Assembly (NCBI GenBank): GCA_021774995.1
Contig: JAJFIM010000109.1
Location: forward strand, 1-35,111
From: Alphaproteobacteria bacterium
GTDB taxonomy: Bacteria > Pseudomonadota > Alphaproteobacteria > SMXP01
Direction of reading: 5' to 3'
Length of the DNA: 35,111 nt
In this document: positions 26,695-35,020 of the stretch, one piece after another
How the letters are laid out: the number at the start of each line of letters is the position of its first letter
How positions within the stretch are numbered: the stretch's first letter is position 1
The notes under the pieces: generated by a model
Database searches by the model: none
The model's input: the letters and a program-made list of their open reading frames with translations, nothing else
Told to the model about the DNA's origin: nothing
Translations under genes and position numbers: made by a program

Positions 26695-27675
26695 TTACTT
26701 GCCTCGCGGCATCATTTTAGAGACTTCAGAACTTTTAATATGAAGATCACGCTGCGGAAACGGTATTCCAATATGGTTTTTATTAAACTTGCGCCATATC
26801 TCAAACATAACTTCGCTTTGTGGTTCCCAACGTCCCTGCGTCACATCAGCCACCCAGAAATGCAAGATAAAATTCACAGAACTATCTCCGAACCCTCTTA
26901 GAAAGCATTTGGGTTCCGGCTCTGCTATGCAACGCGGATGATCTTTAGCTGCCTCTAATATAAGCTCGCGAGCTTTTTCGATATCAGATCCATAGGATAC
27001 GCCCAGTGCTATCTCTACTCGTCCCTTGGTATTGCTGAATGTCCAGTTAATCACGCGGCTTGTTATAAAATCCTCGTTGGGAATCATTATTTCTTTGCCA
27101 TCAAAGGTTTCGACCAAAGTAAAACGTGCACTGGATTTGCGAACGAAGCCAAAAGTGCCGTCACTAAGCTCCACCAAATCATCCTGCTCCACCGATTTTT
27201 CCAGCAATAAAATAAGACCGCTAATAAAGTTAGACGCTATTTTTTGTAGACCAAACCCCAAACCTATACCAAGCGCACCACTGAAAACAGTGAGAGTCGT
27301 TAAATCAATGCCAAGAATATCCAGGGTGAACAGGAAAGAAACAAAGTAAATAAAAATTTGAATTATTTTTAGAAGCAAGGCGCGGTTAGAAGCCCGCAAT
27401 TTTTTCAGTTTATTGATTCTGCTCTCTGCAACATCAGAAACTATGGCTGCTGTCCAAAAGATTAAGACAATAATCAATAACGACTTCAAGGCCTTGTAGG
27501 CACTAATTTTATAAGCACCCGCTTTAAATGACAAACCATCAGTGTCCAGATATTGTTTGGCGACATCAAAATATCCGGCAGTACCAAGGGCAAGGATGGC
27601 AATCATGGCCAGAAACATCAGCCATTTAGCAAATGCTCCTTTAGGTTTTAGTATATGTAGCCATATATTTTTCAT
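26695..27675 (-). CDS. mscS: Small-conductance mechanosensitive channel family protein
   Basis: GALGIGLGFGLQKIASNFISGLILL, IPN, GVSYGSD, FGDSSVNF, IPFPQRDL. Confidence 0.94.
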   Translation of the reverse strand: MKNIWLHILKPKGAFAKWLMFLAMIAILALGTAGYFDVAKQYLDTDGLSFKAGAYKISAYKALKSLLIIVLIFWTAAIVSDVAESRINKLKKLRASNRALLLKIIQIFIYFVSFLFTLDILGIDLTTLTVFSGALGIGLGFGLQKIASNFISGLILLLEKSVEQDDLVELSDGTFGFVRKSSARFTLVETFDGKEIMIPNEDFITSRVINWTFSNTKGRVEIALGVSYGSDIEKARELILEAAKDHPRCIAEPEPKCFLRGFGDSSVNFILHFWVADVTQGRWEPQSEVMFEIWRKFNKNHIGIPFPQRDLHIKSSEVSKMMPRGK

Positions 27676-27809
27676 GAAATCAGCATACTTATCTGGAGGT
27701 TTTATATCAACTAATCTTTATTGAAACTCAATGGTTTATAAGATGTTTTATGATCGCGGACTTCGGCTAACACCCGTATGGCAATCACCAAAAACCAAGT
27801 TTATAGCTT

Positions 27810-27847
27810 AAAAGAAAACCCCACCTTTACGGAGAAGGCGGGGTTTG
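27810..27847 (-). terminator. Intrinsic terminator
   Basis: Minus strand AAACCCCGCCTT-CTCCGTA-AAGGTGGGGTTT followed by TCTTTT, after the 106-aa gene. Confidence 0.75.
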
Positions 27848-27871
27848 ATCAATTCAATATTTAACTTTATG

Positions 27872-28192
27872 TTATTGCAACGTCCAATCCCCTTTTAACT
27901 CACCGTCACTATCCTCATGCTCGTCCGGTATATCTTCATCCGGCGTTTCAGGGTCCGCAACAACAAACCCTTTTTCGTTCATGCAGGAAGCAAATACAGC
28001 CTCCCATTGTTCCTTCGGATAGCCCTCGGTTTCTGCATCAAAAGCAATATCCTCATTAGCCATATCCGTACAGGATTCATAGGCCATCCCATAAGCATCC
28101 GACTCCTCATATACGTCATCTTCTCCAAATGCTAATTGCGGAGTCATGGACATAAAAACAATGGCTGCCGAAAGTAAAAATGGTTTTTTCAT
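27872..28192 (-). CDS. Small, very acidic secreted protein with two Cys
   Basis: Signal peptide MKKPFLLSAAIVFMSMTPQLAFG; D/E-rich; AAGGA RBS. Confidence 0.75.
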   Translation of the reverse strand: MKKPFLLSAAIVFMSMTPQLAFGEDDVYEESDAYGMAYESCTDMANEDIAFDAETEGYPKEQWEAVFASCMNEKGFVVADPETPDEDIPDEHEDSDGELKGDWTLQ

Positions 28193-28214
28193 TATCTTAT
28201 TCCTTGTCCGGTTT

Positions 28215-28237
28215 CCCTGCGGGACTCACCCGCAGGG
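28215..28237. other. Perfect 9-bp GC hairpin between two small genes
   Basis: CCCTGCGGG-ACTCA-CCCGCAGGG; no U-tract on the coding strand. Confidence 0.7.
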
Positions 28238-28251
28238 CACCAGTTCTATTG

Positions 28252-28392
28252 TTAACCGCAAGAGCCTTTGTGCGAACCGCACCCTGACTCTGATTTGCCT
28301 TTTGATTTTTTGCCCTTTTCTTCCTTTTTGGGCTGGTTTGCCGGAACCGGTTTATTGGCAGCGGATTTTTCAGTTTTTGACTTTTTTAGCAT
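28252..28392 (-). CDS. 46-aa Lys-rich micropeptide ending GCGSHKGSCG (not in ORF track)
   Basis: GGAG RBS 7 nt upstream; MLKKSKTEKSAANKPVPANQPKKEEKGKKSKGKSESGCGSHKGSCG*; own FNR-type promoter. Confidence 0.7.
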   Translation of the reverse strand: MLKKSKTEKSAANKPVPANQPKKEEKGKKSKGKSESGCGSHKGSCG

Positions 28393-28463
28393 GGTTGTTC
28401 TCCATTAAAATTTGTAACCTTTAGCGGCCACAGCGATGACCCGATTCTTCAGATCACGATAAA

Positions 28464-28504
28464 ACTATAAAATTTTCCCTGGCAAAAAACTTGACGATAG
28501 TCAA
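28464..28504 (-). promoter_or_regulatory. FNR/FixK-type box with class II promoter geometry
   Basis: TTGAC-GATA-GTCAA (28491-28504); -10 TATAGT at 28469-28464. Confidence 0.75.
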
Positions 28505-28534
28505 TAAAACAGACTTTGTATGAAGCCACCTGAT

Positions 28535-28732
28535 TTAGTCACTTGAAATGGCAAGATCAATACCGTCACCGTCATCTTCATCGTATTCGTAATCACCATC
28601 TGACATTACATCCTCAATCTCATCAATAAGATCGTTGATCAAGCCATGTATATTACGATTATTGGTAAAGCGATGCGCGTCATGTTTCAAATCCTTGACC
28701 TTGTTTCAAAGCACCTCTAAATTATCTGACAT
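28535..28732 (-). pseudogene. 65-codon acidic small ORF with in-frame TGA at codon 9
   Basis: AAGGA RBS; MSDNLEVL*NKVKDLKHDAHRF...DEIEDVMSDGDYEYDEDDGDGIDLAISSD*. Confidence 0.55.
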
Positions 28733-28745
28733 AACAAAAGATTCC

Positions 28746-28955
28746 TTAATCTATATCTTTATCCATATCTTCGCGGTGAACACCCCAGAAGATGACGTCA
28801 CTTCCAAAATTACCTTTGCCACCAAACAGCGCACCGTTAGCTTTTGGTGTGGATTTTTTTGTTTTTACACCGGGCTTGTTTCCGAACATATTGGCCGGAT
28901 CGGCGGTATGTTTCTTGACATTGTCAGATGTCGTTACAATGGTTGGTGTTTTCAT
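28746..28955 (-). CDS. 69-aa hypothetical small protein
   Basis: GGGAG RBS before MKTPTIVTTSD...; directly downstream of an FNR-type promoter. Confidence 0.6.
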   Translation of the reverse strand: MKTPTIVTTSDNVKKHTADPANMFGNKPGVKTKKSTPKANGALFGGKGNFGSDVIFWGVHREDMDKDID

Positions 28956-28985
28956 GGCTTTTCTCCCGCTACTGGACACACTTAA

Positions 28986-29027
28986 AGTATGAAATAAATC
29001 ACCTTTTTAAAACTTGATGACGGTCAA
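28986..29027 (-). promoter_or_regulatory. FNR/FixK-type box with class II promoter geometry
   Basis: TTGAT-GACG-GTCAA (29014-29027); -10 CATACT at 28991-28986, placing the box centre at about -41.5. Confidence 0.78.
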
Positions 29028-29183
29028 TTTTTTAAGGGACAGGAGAGAATATTTTGGTTCCAGCCTGTGATGTTTTTACCCGGTGCCAGTTTTTCATTAA
29101 GGAGAATTATTAGCTATGGGCACCTCACGGAAAGACATCACAGGCATTACTTAACAATTTGAGTTAAAAAAGGAACCAAAGCT

Positions 29184-29702
29184 ATGGCACATCCTGCTGA
29201 AAAAGAACCTCATACACCTGTCAGCGACAGGCCCGAGGAAAAGATTGATCCGGCAACAAACATGATGTTCGCACCGTTTTTTGTCCTGCAACGGGAAATC
29301 AATCATATGTTTGCCGATACCATTAAAAACTTCGAATTACCCAATAACTGGCATGGTATAGGGAAAAGCCTGCCGTCTGTAGATATCAAGGAAAATGATG
29401 AAGCCTTCAGCGTGCAAACACACCTGCCAAGCAAGCGGCCTGAAGATGTTGAGGTAAGCATTGCTGATGATTTTCTGACGATTAAAGCGCATCATAAAAC
29501 AAACGAGAAAAAAGAGACGGAATTTGGCCCATGGAGTCCTTATACTGCTGGAAACCATCTGCGCACTGTCATGCTGCCGGAAACAGCAAATATAGACAAA
29601 GCAGTTGCTGAAATGAGCGATAACATTTTAACCATCAAAGTTCCAAAAAAGCAGGAAGCGGTCGATAAAACCCGGAAGCTTACGATTAAAAAGATCAAAT
29701 AA
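29184..29702 (+). CDS. Hsp20/alpha-crystallin small heat-shock protein
   Basis: LQREINHMF, PSVDIKEND, LTIKA, RTVMLP...A.MSDNILTIKVPK. Confidence 0.88.
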   Translation: MAHPAEKEPHTPVSDRPEEKIDPATNMMFAPFFVLQREINHMFADTIKNFELPNNWHGIGKSLPSVDIKENDEAFSVQTHLPSKRPEDVEVSIADDFLTIKAHHKTNEKKETEFGPWSPYTAGNHLRTVMLPETANIDKAVAEMSDNILTIKVPKKQEAVDKTRKLTIKKIK

Positions 29703-29733
29703 TTTGTTCACTACCCCTTTAATACCAATCCCT

Positions 29734-29761
29734 GAAGCCCCCATGATGGGGGCTTCTTTTT
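29734..29761 (+). terminator. Intrinsic terminator after hsp20
   Basis: GAAGCCCCCA-TGA-TGGGGGCTTC followed by TTTTT. Confidence 0.85.
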
Positions 29762-30545
29762 ACATTAACTTCAGGATGCGGCAAATATCACAATCTGCTT
29801 TCGTGCAAAGCAGCTTTTCCTTGAGCGTACATTCTGACTCACGGCAACAGTAAATTTCGCAGTAATCCTGTAATTCATCCAGATCACCAATGGTAACTTC
29901 ACGGCCTTTAAACCGCATATCCAAATCATGTTGCAGCCGCCGCATGGCACGGGAAAAGGTTTCCGGTTTCATGCCAAGACGCTCGGCAACAAGAAACTTG
30001 TTAAATGGCAACATCACCTGTTGAACGCCACCCCGGTCAAGACATAGTTTTAAAAGAAAGGCAGCAACGCGCTGTGCCGCCGTTAGCTGACTTGATAGCT
30101 CTAGTACAAATCCTGATTTATTGAGATGATCTGCTAACGATGAAATCATTTTCAGGGCTAATTCGGGGTGATCTCTCAACCGTTCCCGCATGGTAGAGGA
30201 AGGGATAACAAGGCATTTAGCGTCCTTACCCCCGACCTGCGCACTACAGGGATAGGAACGCCCCTTTACAACGCATTCTTCACCGAATGTATCACCCCGT
30301 GTTAGCAGTGCCTGTACGACTTGTTCACCTTCCACGTTGTCATGAAAAAGTTTGATCCAGCCCTCCATAATGACATAAAGAAAATCTGCCGGATCGCCAT
30401 GCTGAAAAAGCAGGTTGTTTTTCTGATATTCAACAAAGCGGGAATGTTTCAAAAACCAGTCAATATCTACATCAGACAATTCCGCAAAAAATGGAACTGT
30501 TTTAAGTAAAAGTTTGTTGTTTATTTCATTCTTTGCGGCAATCAT
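29760..30545 (-). CDS. CRP/FNR-family regulator with C-terminal Cys-rich tail
   Basis: cNMP-fold LFQHGDPADFLY...GWIKL...GDTFGE; HTH VAERLGMKPETFSR; tail YCEIYCCRESEC...LC...DCDIC. Start 30545 preferred over 30593. Confidence 0.92.
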   Translation of the reverse strand: MIAAKNEINNKLLLKTVPFFAELSDVDIDWFLKHSRFVEYQKNNLLFQHGDPADFLYVIMEGWIKLFHDNVEGEQVVQALLTRGDTFGEECVVKGRSYPCSAQVGGKDAKCLVIPSSTMRERLRDHPELALKMISSLADHLNKSGFVLELSSQLTAAQRVAAFLLKLCLDRGGVQQVMLPFNKFLVAERLGMKPETFSRAMRRLQHDLDMRFKGREVTIGDLDELQDYCEIYCCRESECTLKEKLLCTKADCDICRILKLM

Positions 30546-30566
30546 AAATAATAATTCCAATAAAAG

Positions 30567-30608
30567 TTGATGATGGTCAAACTTTTTCACCACTATCCTT
30601 TGTATCCT
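30567..30608 (+). promoter_or_regulatory. FNR/FixK-type box driving the CBS gene and overlapping the regulator's own upstream region
   Basis: TTGAT-GATG-GTCAA (30567-30580); -10 TATCCT at 30603-30608, placing the box centre at about -41.5. Confidence 0.8.
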
Positions 30609-30645
30609 GAGATTGTATCACACATGCAAGCAAAGGGAGACTGTC

Positions 30646-31146
30646 ATGAAAACAAGTAACAATACTTCACCTTTACAAATAATTTTAAATAAACGGCCAC
30701 TTTTAACCGTTTCCCCAACAGACTTGATTCGCATGGCGGCCTGCTTAATGCAGGAACATCATGTTTGTGCAACCGGTGTTGTTGATGATGAAGGCAGGTT
30801 CATCGGTCTTTTAACGGAACGCGATATTATAAAACAGGCCGTGGGGGTCCACAGAAACGTAGATAAAACGATGATTGGTGAGATTATGACCATCCAGCCT
30901 ATCGTTATTCCGATGACAGCAACAATATATGAAGCCTTAACCGCTATGACCCACCACGGCATCCGCAACCTACCCGTTGTTGATGGTGAGAAATTGGTCG
31001 GTATCATTGATATCCGTGATCTGTATGAAGCAATGCAAAACCTGATGCAAAAAGCCATGGATGAAAAAGACCTTGTGATTTCCTATTACTACGGTGAAGA
31101 CTACGGAGGGTGCAAAGAATCACCCCGTCCTTTTGGTGCGGTTTAA
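30646..31146 (+). CDS. CBS-pair domain protein
   Basis: GLLTERDI...EIMT...IRNLPVVDGEKLVGIIDIRDL; GGGAG RBS before ATG 30646. Confidence 0.9.
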   Translation: MKTSNNTSPLQIILNKRPLLTVSPTDLIRMAACLMQEHHVCATGVVDDEGRFIGLLTERDIIKQAVGVHRNVDKTMIGEIMTIQPIVIPMTATIYEALTAMTHHGIRNLPVVDGEKLVGIIDIRDLYEAMQNLMQKAMDEKDLVISYYYGEDYGGCKESPRPFGAV

Positions 31147-31515
31147 ACCTTTTACCCCGTTATAAGATGGCTGGTCTGTTATTTTTGGGATAGTACAAAC
31201 ATCATGAGAATTATCGTTTTTCTTTTATTACTATGTTTTCCGGCCTTGGCTCAGGAGGGCAAACCTACCCCTACTGATGAATTACTGCAGAACATAACGG
31301 ACGGTCCGCATGATAATATTCATCACGCCGGCCTTTGAAAATGACTCCATCGGCCAGAACCTTTATCGTGCTAGAAATAAAATAAAAGAAATCAAAAATA
31401 CTATAACGCCCAATTTCAAAAGATCTGCTTAATCATTTGCTCAAGTAATAGCTATTGCTAGCAAAAGAATTTAACAAATGTTCATTTAAGTTAAGGTAAT
31501 AGGTTATAATTCCCC

Positions 31516-33186
31516 ATGACTAACGAGCCGATGCACTCCCATAAGAATTCTTTTGCTAAAAGTAGGATTGCGTTATACCAAATGCTATCCTTACCTGTTC
31601 CTAAAATATTATCTTTTTTATTGCTTTTATCTGGCGCTGTTTTGCTAATATCAGGGGCCACTCCTACGGATCCATCCTATCTAAAATGGCTGCGTGGAAC
31701 TATACCCTTGCCTGTTCTGGAAGTATCTCACTTAATTACAAATTTGACAGGTCTTCTCCTTTTGCTTTTAGCAAGAGGAGTAAGACTACGGCTTGATGCA
31801 GCTTGGTATGGCAGTGTTATCTTATTGGCATTGGGAATAGTCGCCTCTTTACTAAAGGGCTTAGGGTGGCAAGAGGCTTTATTCTTATGTGCGCTGTTGC
31901 TTTTAGTGCTGCCAACTAAAGGTTACTTTTATCGTAAATCTTCTTTGTTTTCTATGTCGTTTAGTCTTTCATGGGTTTCAATGATATTTGTGATTTTATG
32001 CGGCTCTGTATGGATCGGTATTTTTGCATTTGAATCTGTTGAGTATGACAGGGATTTATGGTGGCACTTTTCTTATCAATCAGACGTATCTCGTTTTTTA
32101 AGAGGTGAGCTTTTAGTTATTATCACATTAACTTTTTACGCCCTTTATAGACTCCTGAATGTTGCTCGTCCTAAATTTCCTCCTGCTTTATCTATGCAGG
32201 AATTAGATGAAGTTCATGAGTTAACAACACAGGGAGAGGACATAAAGGGTTTTTTGGCTTTACTCGGAGACAAACATTTATTTTGGAGCGATGATAGAAA
32301 AGCATTTATTATGTTTGTCGACACCCAAAAATATTGGTTTGCAATAGGAGACCCTATTGGTGAAAAAGCCTTGTTTAAGAAACTTTTGTGGCAATTTCAT
32401 GAGCAGGCTGATCTTTATGGGGCAAAAGCTGTTTTTTATCAAACTAGCCAAGAATATTTATCGAATTACCTTGATCTTGGCTTAGTACTACTAAAAATGG
32501 GTGAAGAAGCAATCTTGTTATTAGAGGATTTTTCTTTAGAAGGAAAAAAACGATCCGATCTTCGTAGTGGACGAAACAAGTTCAATAATTTGAACTACAC
32601 ATTCGCTGTCGTAGGTAAAAAAGAAGTCCCGGACATTCTACCACGCCTAAAGGAGATTTCAGATCAGTGGCTCAACAAAAAGAACGCGCGTGAAAAAGGG
32701 ATCTCATTAGGATTCTTTAATAACTCATACTTAGAGCGTTGCCGTCAGGCGGTAGTTAAAGACGATCAAGGAAAAATTATGGCTTTTGCAAATATTTGGG
32801 AAGCAGAAGGTAATAAGGAAATATCAGTTGATCTAATGAGATATGATCCCCAATGCCCAAATGGAGTAATGGATTATCTTTTTGCTGAATTAATGCTTTG
32901 GGCAAAGAGCGAAGGATTTCAGACTTTTTCTTTTGGAATGGCACCTTTATCTGGTCTTGAACGACATCCACTTGCTCCTCTTTGGCACAAAATTGGTACG
33001 GCTATTTTCGATTTAGGTGAAGAGTTTTATAATTTTGAAGGCCTTTACGAATACAAAGCTAAGTTTGGGCCACGGTGGTTTCCACGCTATCTTGCGGTTC
33101 CTGTAGGGGTATCGATACCTATGATTTTAATCACGCTTTCGCGTTTAATTTCTCAGCCTATTAAATACTCGTCCAGTGTAAAATAA
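31516..33186 (+). CDS. mprF: MprF/LpiA aminoacyl-phosphatidylglycerol synthase (DUF2156) lacking the N-terminal flippase region
   Basis: LLISGATP, LALLGDK, GDPIG, KMGEEA, EKGISLGFF, SVDLMRY, MAPLSGL, YNFEGL..YKAKF; 556 aa. Confidence 0.9.
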   Translation: MTNEPMHSHKNSFAKSRIALYQMLSLPVPKILSFLLLLSGAVLLISGATPTDPSYLKWLRGTIPLPVLEVSHLITNLTGLLLLLLARGVRLRLDAAWYGSVILLALGIVASLLKGLGWQEALFLCALLLLVLPTKGYFYRKSSLFSMSFSLSWVSMIFVILCGSVWIGIFAFESVEYDRDLWWHFSYQSDVSRFLRGELLVIITLTFYALYRLLNVARPKFPPALSMQELDEVHELTTQGEDIKGFLALLGDKHLFWSDDRKAFIMFVDTQKYWFAIGDPIGEKALFKKLLWQFHEQADLYGAKAVFYQTSQEYLSNYLDLGLVLLKMGEEAILLLEDFSLEGKKRSDLRSGRNKFNNLNYTFAVVGKKEVPDILPRLKEISDQWLNKKNAREKGISLGFFNNSYLERCRQAVVKDDQGKIMAFANIWEAEGNKEISVDLMRYDPQCPNGVMDYLFAELMLWAKSEGFQTFSFGMAPLSGLERHPLAPLWHKIGTAIFDLGEEFYNFEGLYEYKAKFGPRWFPRYLAVPVGVSIPMILITLSRLISQPIKYSSSVK

Positions 33187-33285
33187 CATAAATTCACCCA
33201 TTAGCACCCATTAATTTTACAAAGCGGCCTGCCATAAGATGGCCTCGTCCGCCGTTATGTGATATAAAATTTGAGAGTAATTATT

Positions 33286-33477
33286 ATGAATTTAAAGATC
33301 GAAAGAGAAATGGCAGCAAGTCTCGCAAAAACCCTCACCGCCATGTGTGTCAGGAATACTGTGCTGGAAGACATTCATAGCGGCAAGGTCCCTGTGACAA
33401 AGACAGGCGATTATTTCAGCCGTTTTACGGCGAACTGGGATGAACCAAAGCCGGAAATCGATCCGGCGCTGGACTGA
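33286..33477 (+). pseudogene. Hypothetical gene with probable in-frame internal deletion
   Basis: CVRNTVLEDIHSG...TGDY joined directly to ...NWDEPK; homologues as I recall them have a longer middle (unverified). Confidence 0.45.
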
Positions 33478-33602
33478 GTCCGAAAAGAAACCGTGTTCAA
33501 TATTCAAAAAGAAGTCGATAAGATATAGATTGAAACGTTTCATTGTTATAATATTAAAATAAATGGAATTTTTGTCTTATACGTAATATATGATTTGTTT
33601 TA

Positions 33603-33701
33603 TATCAATTACTTACAAAGCGAAAAGTGGAGACTTGTCTTTTTTTTCGTCGCTATCCTCCGCCATTTTTAGTGGTTTTACCGTTTAATATCAATGGGTT
33701 A
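33603..33701 (+). other. Probable att junction: 10-bp tRNA-Ser 3' end flanked by two IHF sites
   Basis: TATCAATTACTTA (33603) and TATCAATGGGTTA (33689) both fit WATCAANNNNTTR; CTCCGCCATT at 33658-33667. Confidence 0.6.
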
Positions 33702-33756
33702 AAAATCACATTTTTCATGGTTGTTATTATTGGTGTGTTACAAAGTGAGTTACACC

Positions 33757-34002
33757 ATGACAATCAGACCCCCAACCTACCTGACCATGCGTAATGGCAT
33801 TTATTACTTCCAGACTCGCATTCCGACTGATTCTGTGCATGATAACGCTAGAAAACATAAGCTTATCCGGCGGTCAACGCGAACAGGGAACCACCGTGAA
33901 GCATTAAAAATAGCCAGAACATGGTACGTAGGCTGCCCGATATCTGACTCCGTACTGATCATGATAGATTTACGGCATTGGGAAGGTTTGAGGCGAGAAT
34001 AG
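33757..34002 (+). pseudogene. N-terminal DUF6538 fragment of a tyrosine integrase
   Basis: YLTMRNGIYYFQTRIP...IRRSTRTGNHREALKIAR; resemblance is lost near 33930; GTTACA repeats upstream. Confidence 0.78.
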
Positions 34003-34351
34003 AGCATAAACCGGGCCGCGATTTTGCACCAATTCCATTAGTCCGTTTGTATATTGTTTGACAAAAAATAACTAAGCTATTGTTTTAACAGGGAACCCCA
34101 TTAGTTTGTTTTCCCGATCCCGCCCATAAAAAAGGCGCACGAAAGGCGCCACTGACTCTCACTATAGCATAAAATCCAACATATTGCAACCTGTGCGCGT
34201 ATGGTTTAAAATCTCACACCTAAATCATAGATGCCCTAACCCTTTGTCAGCAAGGATTACCAACCCTAAGTATACCTTAATAACATTCTATGTAAAATAG
34301 AAAGAATAAAGATAAAATTTTACACAAAGTGTTTTAAACACAAAACGATAT

Positions 34352-34411
34352 ACTGACGGGATGTGGAATATTAACAGGGAAACTGACGGGATGTGGAATA
34401 TTAACAGGGAA
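34352..34411 (+). repeat. Exact 30-bp tandem duplication
   Basis: ACTGACGGGATGTGGAATATTAACAGGGAA twice, with no spacer. Confidence 0.95.
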
Positions 34412-34418
34412 TAAGAAC

Positions 34419-34952
34419 GTGAAACGGTTTGGATTAAAGTATTTGTTTTTCATAGGCTTGTTTTTAGTTCTGGGGGCATGTTTGCCCTCCGAACAAAAGA
34501 CGGAGAAACGAAAAGATATACAAAAAATTTCGATTTCTGGAACGATGTTATGTATTCCACAGAACTATATAAAAGGAAGGGATGACCCGACAAACAGTAC
34601 TGTTCCCATTCAAACAATGTACCCTGATTTTTTGCCATTAGAGAAGCGTCCCAATGAATACTGGAAAGAAGGGGAGTGGTGGCGGCAAGTCAGTATTTTA
34701 TTATCGCATATTAGAACCACTCTTACATATGAGGAATTAGCACAGAAAAAAATAGATGTTTTAAAAGCCTATAAAGTTGTTGGGCTTGAATATGACGGGT
34801 TATTGCACCGTACACAGCCGGAAGGTGAGGTGCAGGATATACAAGACTTATGGGTTGAGCTAGATAATAACAAAGTTGCTATCGCATACATCGCATGTAG
34901 CGAAAAACTAACGGATATATCCAATCCTCAATGCGTCTACGCAGGCCAATAA
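34419..34952 (+). CDS. Putative lipoprotein, possibly 3'-truncated
   Basis: GTG start, basic N-terminus, hydrophobic core and LGAC lipobox. Confidence 0.7.
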   Translation: MKRFGLKYLFFIGLFLVLGACLPSEQKTEKRKDIQKISISGTMLCIPQNYIKGRDDPTNSTVPIQTMYPDFLPLEKRPNEYWKEGEWWRQVSILLSHIRTTLTYEELAQKKIDVLKAYKVVGLEYDGLLHRTQPEGEVQDIQDLWVELDNNKVAIAYIACSEKLTDISNPQCVYAGQ

Positions 34953-35020
34953 TTCTGTTCTCACTGATACAAAAAAGTTATGTCTCTTTCCACGCGTTCT
35001 AAACTGTGCGAAAAGGGGAT

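Larger units (their letters stand above)
19603..33667. mobile_element. Probable integrase-less genomic island at the tRNA-Ser 3' end
   Basis: CTCCGCCATT (19595-19604) recurs at 33658-33667 between two IHF-consensus sites; repeat-rich left end; truncated genes at both edges. Confidence 0.55.

Noticed and set aside
28706-28708. Selenocysteine recoding of the in-frame TGA
   Set aside because: No redox motif context and no convincing SECIS hairpin directly downstream.
31204-31440. 44-aa signal-peptide ORF (31204-31338) and an opposite-strand hydrophobic frame
   Set aside because: Both look like short broken remnants with no RBS or family I can support.
34352-34411. Possible CRISPR repeat
   Set aside because: Two abutting copies with no spacer and no cas genes in the window.
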